From: Eledone cirrhosa
Lineage: Eukaryota
Assembly (NCBI GenBank): GCA_964016885.1
Contig: OZ024740.1
Coordinates: forward strand, 322,772,001-322,836,000
Length of the DNA stretch: 64,000 nucleotides
Direction: 5' to 3'
Made by a program: the position numbers and the translations under genes. The notes beneath the pieces were generated by a model. It worked only from the letters and a program-made list of their open reading frames with translations, did not search any database and was not told the origin of the DNA. Shown here in pieces: positions 12,539 through 23,809 of the stretch (the stretch's first letter is position 1; each line of letters starts with the position of its first letter).

Positions 12539-15500
12539 ATGACCTCACTCAGAATAGGCAGCATAAATGCGCGTGGCTTGGGGTCGTCATGGAAGCAGGG
12601 CCACCTGCTCAACGACCTCAGGTCACTAAACATAGATGTAGTGGCCATCAGCGAGACCAGAATCTCCGAAGCACAGGCTTTCGCACCGATCTTCGGCGGC
12701 TACGATGTGTACGCATCTCCCAGCCGTCCGGGATCGGGGGGAGGAGTTGCTGTGCTTTTTCGGAGAGGTTTGGATCTTGCCATACGGGCCATCTTCCTGG
12801 ACCCAGAAGGTAAGTTGGTGGTGCTGGATGTGACCAGCGGAGACGGGCAAGCTTTCAGGTTAGTTGCCGTCTATGCCCCGACAGGAGCAGGGCGGCCTGA
12901 TTTCTTCCGGCGTCTGGAGACCTTTCTTGGAACGTCCCGCTCTTTAGTGTTAGTGGGCGACTGGAACGGGATCATAGATGCACGCTGGGATTGTGTGGGA
13001 TTAGTGGATAGGGAAGGAGGGTGCAAGAGTCTCACCAACCTGCTCAGACGTTTTGAACTGTCTGACAGGTACCGAATGGATTTCCCGAATGTACCAATGT
13101 GGACTTGGACAAATCGCATAGGGTCATCCAGATCATATCTAGATAGAGTATTTTGTAGGGAAATAGATAGGTCTAGCATAGGCTGTCCACAATTCAAGAT
13201 AGTCAGCTACACGGACCACAAATTCGTGATCTGTGTGCTTGACTTAGATAGGCTTCATAGACGAGGACCCGGCTACTGGAAGCTAAACGCGTCCTTACCA
13301 GCGCGCAAGGCCTACAGTGACCGGATTAGCGAACTAGTTAAGCGGGCGTTGACGGGGCCCATCGTCAACAACAAGTGGTGGTTTGCTCTGAAAAGAGCAA
13401 TTAGAATAGAGTCCATTAGCTTTAGTAAGACTTTAGCAATAGAGAAAAATAGAGCAGAGGGAGAATTAGTTAGAAAATTAGATGAGGCGCTTAGCAAAGG
13501 CATCGCGACCGACGTACTTGCGGCGAAATTGGCCCTTGACAAATTCTTCAATGCAAAGCACGAAGGCTGCGTTGTCAGAGCTAGGGTGCGTGCTCTCAGA
13601 CACGAGGGGACAAAAGCTGTTCAATGGGCCCGAGTGGCGGAGGCGCGTCGTGGCAACAAAGCCACGATCCGGTCTTTGGTGGACCACGACGGGCGCATGC
13701 TACTCGATCCCGGGCAAATGTGTGAAGCTTTTCAGCGACACTTCGCTCAACTGTTCGGGGGCAGTGGCGGGCCGGATCGAGGGATGGACTTTAGTGTCTA
13801 CCTCGACGGACTGCCGCGGCTTTCGGCCACTGAGGCGGAGTGTTGCGAAAAGCCGATAACAACCGCTGAAGTACGGGATGCAATGACTAGTTGCACAAGG
13901 GGTAAATCGCCTGGTTTAGATGGTCTGCCCTATGAACTTTACGTACAAATGCCAAACTTGTTCGGAGGCCTCTTGGCGGACGTCTACTGCAACTGGCAAC
14001 AGAACGGGAGAATTCTCAGCTCTGTAAGCCGAGGAGCGGTGGCGCTGCTGAGAAAGGATCCGAACAAGGGGGATAACATAGATAATTTTAGGCCCATAAC
14101 TCTGCTAAACACAGAGTTCAAGATTTTGGCCAAGGTGCTAGCAAAGAGGTTGGCGCTTGTCGTTGGTGGTCTGGTGGGAGAGGCACAGACATGCGCCATT
14201 CCCGACAGATCCATTCACGACAACCTCCACCTCATGCGATACATCGTAGAGAGGGTAGCTAGGGAATCTGGCACGGGTGGGTCTTTGATCAATTTAGATC
14301 AGTCGAAAGCCTTCGATAGGTCGACCATCGTTACCTAGCGGCAGTCCTGAGGGCGGCTGGCTTTGGGCCCGTCTTCAGAGGCTGGATCGCTGCCATGCAC
14401 AGCGACATCTGCTCTGTAGTGAGAGTGAACGGTCACCTTTCGGAACCGTTCAACATCATGCGCTCGGTCCGCCAAGGATGTCCCCTCTCGTCCCTATTGT
14501 ACGTATTGACTCTCGAGCCATTACTGCACAAACTGGAGACGTTGAAGGGGGTCCCGCGCGAACTAGGATGCGGAAGATCCGTGTCAGCATATGCCGACGA
14601 TGTCACCGTAGTGGTGTCGAACGCCAAACACATCGAGGCGATCGGCACTACACTAAGAGAATACGAAGCGGTGACAGGAGCAATGATCAACCAGGAAAAG
14701 TCAGTGGGCCTGCAGCTCGGCACCTGGAGAGGCAGGTCCATGCCGTCCAACAGCGTCGTCGGGCGCTGGACGGACGGACCGGTTAAATTGCTAGGGGTCT
14801 GGTTCGGTCCAGACCTCCAGACGGACAAAAACTGGGACGAGGTGACGAGCAGGGTGGCTTCTCTCACCCAGAAATGGGCCGAGAGGAAGCTATCCCTGAA
14901 AGGTCGAGCGGAGGTGGCTAACGCGTACATCGCGTCCGTCATCTACTACCGCCTGACCGTCGTACCTTGTCCTAAGCCCCGCCTGACTGCGCTGGAGCGT
15001 TTGCTCTTTCGCTTCTTGTGGAAGGGACGCGCTCCGATGGTCAGGCGGTCCATCTGCTGTCAACACCCGCTACGTGGAGGGCTGGGCATGCCGTGGCTGA
15101 TGATGCGCAGACACGCGCTCAGGCTACGACATCTCCACCTCTTCCTCGACGGTGATCAGGTGTGGTCGCCGTTTGCTAGACACGTTTTTCCCCAGCTCGT
15201 CTCCTTGACGGAGTTGCAGTCCTGGGTCAAGCGAAGACCGAGAGGGAGCGCTTGGAGACTGGAATGTCTTCAGGCGCTCACAGCCCTCGACCAATCGGGC
15301 AATGTGATCGGTGGAAACTCCACCTTGGCGTTCTATAGGGGATTAGTGGAGGGGAAGAGCGACGACGTACTTGGAGAAACTCTAGGCGTCGACGAAAATC
15401 AACTAGCCAATCTCTTCGTAAGGACTTTCGGGCCGGGGCCTATGGACAACTTCCAGAAATCCCTGGCCTGGCAGTGCTACCGGGGTGCTTTGCCAGTTCG

Positions 15501-15957
15501 GGATAAACTCTACAGGCATGGAGGTGCCGTCAGCCGGGCATGTCCGAGATGCGCACAGGGCGACGAAACCGTCCTGCACGCACTCGTCCAGTGTCCGAGC
15601 ATTGCTGACTTGTGGGTTTATGTCGAACACCTGCTGTCACGTGTAGGACGGATCCAGCTATCAGCTGAGTCCATCGTGAGGATTTCCCCGCCTTCTTCCT
15701 TTAGCCGGGAAGGGCAGGCAATTTTTATCTGTCTGGTGGCCATGGCGAAAGAGATAGTATGGTGGACACGTTTGAAAGGGCTGAAGACGAGCACTTACCT
15801 CTTCGGTGATGCCCTGATTAACTTTTTCAAATTTCATTTGAAAAGGAAAATCAGGGTAGAGAGGGAAGTGCTCTCTTCCCAGCATTTTGTTGAAAGATGG
15901 GTGTGAGAAGCAAGTATGGCCCGAATGAGTGGGCCTTCTCTGAGTATGTGTCTGTAA
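12539..15957 (+). CDS. Tx1-B ORF2: APE endonuclease + reverse transcriptase + CCHC domain (one frameshift at ~14320; in-frame TGA at 15904, 16 sense codons before TAA 15955-15957)
   Basis: SINARG, ISET, GDWN, YLDR, TDH, KSPGLDG, FRPITLLN, DQSKAFDR, VRQGCPLS, YADD and CPRC...ETVLH...C. Confidence 0.92.
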
Positions 15958-16200
15958 ATTAAAGGTGGAAAACTGGGAGAGGGCACTTGCCCTGGTGGTC
16001 AGGGTCACTGTGGTCTTTTAATGGGCTTTCTCCACAAATGTCCCTCGGAAGTCTCCCCTCTATTGGGGAATTTTTCTTTGTTATTTTATTACATCCTCTG
16101 TTTTTTACACGCAGAAATGCCCATTTGTACCGTCCTGTATTGTCCTGTACTGTCCTTAATGTCTACTTTATGTAAACCCTTGTGGTTAATAAAGAAAACA

Positions 16201-16259
16201 TTCTTCTTCTTCTTCTTCTTCTTCTTCTTCTTCTTCTTCTTCTTCTTCTTCTTCTTCTT

Positions 16260-16290
<31 letters not shown>

Positions 16291-16309
16291 TTATTATTAT
16301 TATTATTAT
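16201..16309 (+). repeat. (TTC)29 followed by short (TTA)n at the 3' end of Tx1-B
   Basis: Read directly from the sequence. Confidence 0.95.
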
Positions 16310-16492
16310 GTGTTGTTATGGAGTCCATCTCATGCAGCTAGAAACGCTGGTCGTCCCAAGAAGACATACGTCAAGCAACTTAAGGACGATACTGGATGCA
16401 CTGCGGAAGAACTGGCAAACGCTATGAGAGACAGAGATGGATGGAGGAAACGTGACGTAGAAAGCCGAGCAAGCTCGACCTGATGATGATGA
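16310..16492 (+). mobile_element. 3' fragment of an RTE-clade LINE with (TGA)n tail
   Basis: Translates VLLWSPSH...GRPKKTYVKQLKDDTG...AMRDRDGWR, a typical RTE C-terminus. Confidence 0.75.
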
Positions 16493-16511
16493 TAATTATT
16501 ATTATTATTAT

Positions 16512-16540
16512 GTCGGCCCTTGTGGCTATAAATGAAATCA
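16512..16540 (+). mobile_element. 29-bp Tx1 3' stub followed by (TTC)32
   Basis: GGCC-CTTGT-GGCT-ATAAAT-GAAATCA lies between (ATT)n and (TTC)n. Confidence 0.7.
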
Positions 16541-17045
16541 TTCTTCTTCTTCTTCTTCTTCTTCTTCTTCTTCTTCTTCTTCTTCTTCTTCTTCTTCTTC
16601 TTCTTCTTCTTCTTCTTCTTCTTCTTCTTCTTCTTCTTTACAAAAGTCTCACACCTTTATTGTTATTGTTAAAGTAACAATAATAATAATAGTTATTCCC
16701 CTTGGGTTTTCACGAATAGTGACTTTCATTTTGAGAAAGAGCTTATGGTTGTCTATTGTGAAGTTCCAACGTATATATTTCCTATTCTTTAATAAAATAG
16801 ACTAAAGAATTGTATCGTTTTTCTGTACACGACAGCCATATTGGATTGTATGGACTTTTATAATTAAAACTATTGTGCAAGCGAGAACTATTTTAAATTT
16901 AAAGAAATTTGTGGTTTTTGGCTAAATGTTCTTTCAATTACTCTTACTGAGACGCTTAGGTATATACACACATATACATATAGACATACATAAACACACA
17001 CATAGAAATACCCATACATACCCACACACACACACATATATATTC

Positions 17046-17106
<61 letters not shown>

Positions 17107-17298
17107 CATACATATATATACACATATACATATTCATAAAGAAAAGAATGTCCACACCTACATACACATATCTATATACATAAGGACAGATATGCATGTA
17201 TATATATATACACATTCAAAAATAAATAAATAAATATATATGTATGCGTGAGTCTGTGTGTGTGTATGGATGTATATATGTATATGTTTGTGTGAGTG

Positions 17299-17354
<56 letters not shown>

Positions 17355-17377
17355 TAAAATACACACACACATACATG

Positions 17378-17424
<47 letters not shown>

Positions 17425-17553
17425 TTTATACAAATATATATATATATATAAGATTTCCGAAAAGCATCTTCCGAAAAGTATGTTATCATTATTAATATTA
17501 TTGTTGTTGTTGGCGGTATTTTTTTCTTTGTTCCTTTCATATCTACTCACGCT

Positions 17554-17628
<75 letters not shown>

Positions 17629-17645
17629 CTGTGTCTGTGTGTGTG

Positions 17646-17686
<41 letters not shown>

Positions 17687-17929
17687 GGATATATATGCAT
17701 GTGTATATATATATATATATATATATACATATGCATTACACTTTGTTACTAATGTACTGTTCCCATCAGATAAGGTGTAGAAATATATTTTCTTGAAAAT
17801 ATAATAGTCACTGAACTGCATACATATTGCACGTGATATTCCACATAGTGCTTTAGTATCAGAGTATGTATGTATGTATGTATGTATGTATGTATGTATG
17901 TATGTATGTATGTATGTATGTATGTATGT

Positions 17930-18535
17930 CAGGTCACCAGTTGGTGCTACTGGTAACATGTATCCCAGTACAACCTGTCTCATGGTCGGGTCGTTGGCGA
18001 CTAAACTGGCAACCCCACCAAGGTTTCTTGGTGAGGAGGGTGACTTTGGACATCTTGCAGGACTAAAAACAAAACCTGTCAAAGAGCAAAGGAGCTCTTA
18101 AAAGTCAATGGCCATCCAAAATCACCGGTAGAGATGACCCCTTAGCCTTTGTCAAGGCAGAATTCTAGGAGAAGGAAAACTCTGATATAACACCTGCAAC
18201 CCTGATGGTATCCAATGATGTTGACTTGTTCTTCTTTTTGGTAAATATCATCTTGGTTAAGAGAGTGGGACTGGCTTTGTGCAGTGCCTTTGCTCACTAT
18301 AAAAGCTTCACGGCACAGGCATTGCTTTGTATCTGGAGATCTCTCTGCACTTGTCGTCACATGGTACCAAAGGTAAAGCACTATGTGTCAATAATTGTCA
18401 CAAGTGTAGTGTCTGTACCAGAGTTTTCAAGTCGCTGGCTGGACTAAAAAGTCACACTTGTTTAGCGCATCGGTAGGGGTTCTCCTACATGGATATAAAG
18501 TAGTGGCCGTATTCGAAAACGAGTTGGCAGCCACC
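17930..18535 (+). mobile_element. Non-autonomous bipartite RTE-derived retroposon in (ATGT)n, copy 1
   Basis: Has the RTE-type 5' UTR motif gaaggaaaactctga, fused to a C-terminal C2H2-like segment and a 3' hairpin tcg-aaaa-cga. Same ends as 62976-63579. Confidence 0.75.
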
Positions 18536-18774
18536 ATGTATGCATGTATGTATGTATGCATGTATGAATGTATGTATGTATGTATGTATGTATGTATGTA
18601 TGTATGTATGTATGTATGTATGTATGTATGTATGTATATATGTATGTGTTTATGTATGTATATATATGCATGTAATGTATGATTGTATGTGTTTAGTGTT
18701 TACATATGTATGCATGTATGTATGTATATATATATATATATATACATACAATATATAAACATACATATATATAA

Positions 18775-18807
<33 letters not shown>

Positions 18808-18818
18808 TTTATATATAT

Positions 18819-18871
<53 letters not shown>

Positions 18872-19117
18872 ATATATATATATAATATATATATAATATA
18901 TATATATATATAATATATGTATATATATATTAACACTTCGAATATTTAATACTGCCGGCACTAGTATCGAGCACCTTTGGCATACGCTACTTGGCAAATA
19001 ACTATATGTATCACCTATCCCTCCTTTTTTTCTCTCTTTCTCGATACGTAAATACTATATTATGTATATATATATATATAATATATGTATATATATATAT
19101 AATATATGTATATATAT

Positions 19118-19151
<34 letters not shown>

Positions 19152-19589
19152 ATATATGTATATATATATATATAATATATGTATATATATATATATAATA
19201 TATGTATATATATATATATAATATATGTATATATATAAATATATATATATAATATATGTATATATATAAATATATATATATAATATATGTATATATATAT
19301 ATAATATATGTATATATATAAATATATATATATAATATATGTATATATATAAATATATATATGTATAATATATGTACATATACTATGTATATAACTGTAT
19401 ATATATATATATATACACACACATATACATACATATATATAACTGTGAACACTATTTCTGTTGTATATATAATGAATAATGAATGAATACTAGTGATGAT
19501 GAGATGATAATAAAGATGGTTGCTTCTCTCTTCTAATAGCTATAAGGGCCAAGTAATAATATTAAAAATATTACTATTAAAAATAAAAA

Positions 19590-19720
19590 TAATGTCTTTT
19601 TGGCCATAAGGGCCGAAGACGTTAACGAGTGTATATGGAAAAACCAGAAAAAAAGTAGAATTGGGAGGTGTACATTTAGTAGATAAATGGTATGTTGTGT
19701 TGGGCAATATCAATAAAAGA
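19590..19720 (-). mobile_element. Tx1 3' stub
   Basis: Minus strand has a pyrimidine-rich UTR ending GGCC-CTTAT-GGCC-AAAAAGACATTATT. A second degenerate stub lies at 19530-19555. Confidence 0.6.
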
Positions 19721-19723
19721 ATA

Positions 19724-19854
<131 letters not shown>

Positions 19855-19857
19855 CGT

Positions 19858-19982
19858 TATTCCGGGTTGAATCGGAGGTAACCACAGTAAGTAAGGTACA
19901 CAATACATTGCAGAGTATAAAAGTTTTAATATAGATGAGATTCTACAGGACTAGAACTGTTTCATTCTTTAGAAATCATCAG

Positions 19983-19986
<4 letters not shown>
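19858..19986 (-). mobile_element. Penelope-like terminal-repeat fragment, family 1, carrying a hammerhead motif
   Basis: Homologous to 43762-43940, 45533-45740 and 48910-49035. All lie in or next to (TA)n/(TG)n. Confidence 0.65.
19940..19986 (-). ncRNA. Type I hammerhead ribozyme candidate
   Basis: Minus strand reads ATTC-CTGATGA-T TTC TAAA GAA T-GAAA-CAG ttctagtc CTG-TA^GAAT, with all three stems formable. Confidence 0.65.
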
Positions 19987-20030
<44 letters not shown>

Positions 20031-20116
20031 ATTTATAATATATTTTACCCATACATATATACATATACATACATATATATATATATATATACATATGTAT
20101 ACATATATATACATAC

Positions 20117-20232
<116 letters not shown>

Positions 20233-20384
20233 CGTATGTATACTCACACGCACGCACACATGTACATATATCAATAAATAAGAATAATTTATATGATCAT
20301 GGTAGTGATGGAAGTTATGGTGGTGCTGGTGCTGGTGCTGGGGATTGATGTGGTTGTGTTGGTGTTGATCATGATCATGATGAT

Positions 20385-20429
20385 AATGACAACGATGATG
20401 ACGATGACGATGATGGAGACGGCGATGAG

Positions 20430-20465
<36 letters not shown>

Positions 20466-20592
20466 GTGGTGATAATGAGGACGGAAGTCAGTTGTTTTAT
20501 CATTCACTGTTGTCCGTTTTTCAACTTCACACGTGGGAACATAGTTGAGGGAATCAACAACCGCAACAACAACAACAATAATAATAGTAGTA

Positions 20593-20626
<34 letters not shown>

Positions 20627-21415
20627 CGATGGTATGATAATAATAATATTAAAGATCATAGAGGAATAAAATTCTTCGAGCATTTTGATTAAATTTTTTC
20701 TCATGCTTTTTTTTTCATTATTCTACAATATGTAAACTGGTAATTTTGAATAAATGATTCTTATTCATGGTTTTTAGAAAAGTGAAAAGAAATATCTGGG
20801 AAAAAGAAAATGGCGCTGTGGTGGTGGTTCGGGGACAGAAAATGAATGGACTCTGAAAACCTGTGGCTGTGGCGTAGATTGGAGAAAGGGAAGAATAGAA
20901 ATAAATGAATCTTATGAATAATTAAACGTTTACATATTAAAACTGATATTCTTGGAGAAATAGCCATAACAATAACAACAACACCTATGTCACCACCACC
21001 ACCATCATCATCACCACAACCACCACCACCACCACCACCACCACTACCTCTACCACTACCACCACCATCATCACCACAACCACCACCACCACCACCACCA
21101 CTACGACACCACCACCACCACCTCCACCACCACACCATCACCGCCACCACTACCACCACCACTACCACCACTACCGCCACCACTACCTCTACCACTACCA
21201 CCACCACCACCACCACCATCATCACCACAACCACCACCACCACCACTACGACACCACCACCACCACCACTACCACCACACCATCACCACCAGCAGTACCA
21301 CCACCACTACCACCACTACCGCCACCACTACCTCTACCACCACCACTATCACCACTACCGCCACCACTACCACCACCACCACCACCACCACCACCACCAC
21401 CACCACCACCACCAC
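20385..21415. repeat. (GAT)n, (AAC)n and (CAC)n trinucleotide tracts
   Basis: Read directly from the sequence. Confidence 0.9.
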
Positions 21416-21424
21416 GAAGTGACT

Positions 21425-21574
21425 CACAAGGAATGACCAAAAAAGGCTTATTTTTTAACACAGTCCCTTGACTGCAATTATTAATAATAAGAGTTGAAAT
21501 TAATGTATGTAAGATTTCACAGCGCTAACATCACTCCTTCATAGTCAACATATGAACTATTCAGCCGCCCCTTG
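21425..21574 (+). mobile_element. Right half of a mariner-like MITE
   Basis: cactccttcatagtcaacatatgaactattcagccgccccttg-TA matches the right end of 40709-40909. Confidence 0.6.
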
Positions 21575-21800
21575 TATACACATTATATTCTTATGACGAT
21601 GTTTGTAGATATATGGAGTAAATGTTACCATATATAAGATGTTAAAGGTGTGATACAAAAGATTGGAAATAGTAAAAAAGAGATGTTCTCCAGAATTGCT
21701 GAAAATACCAGCCAAATAGTCCTCAGATCACACTCTCACTACTGTCTAAAAAAGAAAGATATATTGGCATCAAATTTGTTATATATTTATACCCACGCAC

Positions 21801-21864
<64 letters not shown>

Positions 21865-22151
21865 GATATTAAATAAATGGAAACTATATTTATAAAACCA
21901 TATTTATTTCATTATACATATTTCAGGGATACCAAATTAAAATATGGTATGCCTTCATCAGACAAAATACAATATATAAACAGTTTTATAAATAATTTTG
22001 ACGTACCCTATTAGATGCGACCATTATTTTGGGAAGCTGTCTGGATAGTGAGATGTTTATAATTATTTTATTAGTTATAGTGTTAAGCACAGTTAGAAAA
22101 AAGACGGAGAGAAAGAAAAAACGGAGAGAGAAGGAGAGAATAAAAAGGAAG

Positions 22152-22192
<41 letters not shown>

Positions 22193-22366
22193 CGGAAGCA
22201 GGGGAGTGCGTGGCTGTGATGAACGCCAACCAGCGTGAAACAGACTGTCAGATTCTCTCCCTTCTTTCGCAGAAAAGAAGTAAGTAACATATTCACTACT
22301 TTAAAACGCTTCGCTTATGGTCTTCTAAATATTTTTAATTAAACATACGGTATATTGCCAAATATA

Positions 22367-22430
<64 letters not shown>

Positions 22431-22510
22431 ATGTATGATGGTAGCTAAGATGCTTCCATAGGCGGTATGTCGGTTGAGCACTCTATGCTCTTACAGAGCA
22501 GAGTATGGTA

Positions 22511-22924
22511 TAATATAAAACGAAAAATCAGTGATGCATCTGAAATCAATTTATTGTGTGTTACAATTGTTTCGCCGGCGGACAGTTCGAGACTCAATCA
22601 TTGCATGGATCTTGTCTGACTCTGGACCCGCGGGCTTGTCGGACACGTCTAATGCTTTCGGAGCAAATTCTTTCACTGGGGTGTTGGCGTCAAAAAACAT
22701 CCTCTTCGCGCGTCCCGTTATTGGCTGGTGCTTTTCTACGTCATCGTAAATCTGACCAACAGGTGCCAATTCGACTGACCATTCTGCCACACTTCGATGA
22801 GTTACTACTGGGTTTGGTAGTTCACACGTCCACGCGCGCACTCGTGCCTCGAGCTGTCCGCCGGCGAAACAATTGTAACAATAAATTGATTTCAGATGCA
22901 CCACTGATTTTTCGTTTTATATTA
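22511..22924. mobile_element. MITE with ~80-bp terminal inverted repeats
   Basis: 22511-22591 is the near-perfect reverse complement of 22848-22924. The interior is CpG-rich. Confidence 0.85.
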
Positions 22925-22948
22925 TATATATATGGTACAAATATTTCT

Positions 22949-23071
22949 TTTCTTTGGCTGCCTGATTAAGATTTTTCTGTGACACTCCCCAAATTTTAGC
23001 CATGGTGTCAATATTGGCTGAGAATTTGGGGATTGTCTTAGAAAAATACCCTGAAATAATAGCCAAAGAAA
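22949..23071. other. Imperfect long hairpin (foldback or pre-miRNA-like)
   Basis: Nested pairs tttctttggct/agccaaagaaa, atttttct/agaaaaat and tccccaaattttagcca/tggctgagaatttgggga. Confidence 0.6.
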
Positions 23072-23609
23072 CAGTCATGTCTAAATGAATCCCTATTTAG
23101 TGTAATAAACATCTGTGGACTAAAACCCGTCCCACAGATTGAGTGCTATCCCCACTTTGGATATTCCTTACCAAATTACAGTACACTACATATTTTTCCT
23201 GTTGTCATCGAATCAACTTTACATCTGTTCAAATAGACCACCATCCGTGTCAAATGCATTAGTAAAGAGTGGACAGGACATGGAAAACTTGCGTGTCCTT
23301 ACATGCCAGTTGGTATATTGGTATTGAGAATAGCCTTCTAAAATATTCGGGGCTTGCTTAAGTAGTTCTCAAGTCTAGCACCATATTTACGGGTCTCGAA
23401 TGATCTAAGAGGTCTCTGGGAGAAGTTAACATCAGCCGAATTTGAACACAGAGCCGGAAGAACTAACGAAGGCATGATATCATGCGCATACATGATTAAA
23501 CATGCCAAGAAACTCTGAAAGTTATCTACCATATTTTATGGTAGATAAGAATAAAAGTAGTCTTCGTGTACTTCCCCAACACACACACAGAGAAACAGAC
23601 GCACACACG

Positions 23610-23654
<45 letters not shown>

Positions 23655-23771
23655 ACACACACACATATATGTATGATATATTTATTTGTATATATTATGT
23701 ATATGTATATATATATATATATATATATACACATACACACAGATATATATATATATATAAATATATATATG

Positions 23772-23809
<38 letters not shown>

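Larger units (their letters stand above)
10305..16200 (+). mobile_element. Full-length Tx1-clade non-LTR retrotransposon B (5.9 kb)
   Basis: Layout is (TTA)n | GGCGACC 5' UTR, ORF1, ORF2 (APE-RT-CCHC), 3' UTR ending AACC-CTTGT-GGTT-AATAAA-GAAAACA | (TTC)29 (TTA)n. Confidence 0.95.

Noticed and set aside
16175-16187. Histone 3' stem-loop
   Set aside because: The histone element has a 6-bp stem and 4-nt loop; these have 3-4 bp stems and 5-nt loops.
17930-18080. Canonical HDV-like or twister ribozyme
   Set aside because: P1-like and CTAA elements are present, but L3/P1.1 do not fit HDV, and GTC(C/T)CATGG departs from the twister loop with no matching P1/P2.
22551-22904. 117-aa ORF inside the MITE as a transposase
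   Set aside because: It runs through both TIRs and shows no DDE or HTH motif.
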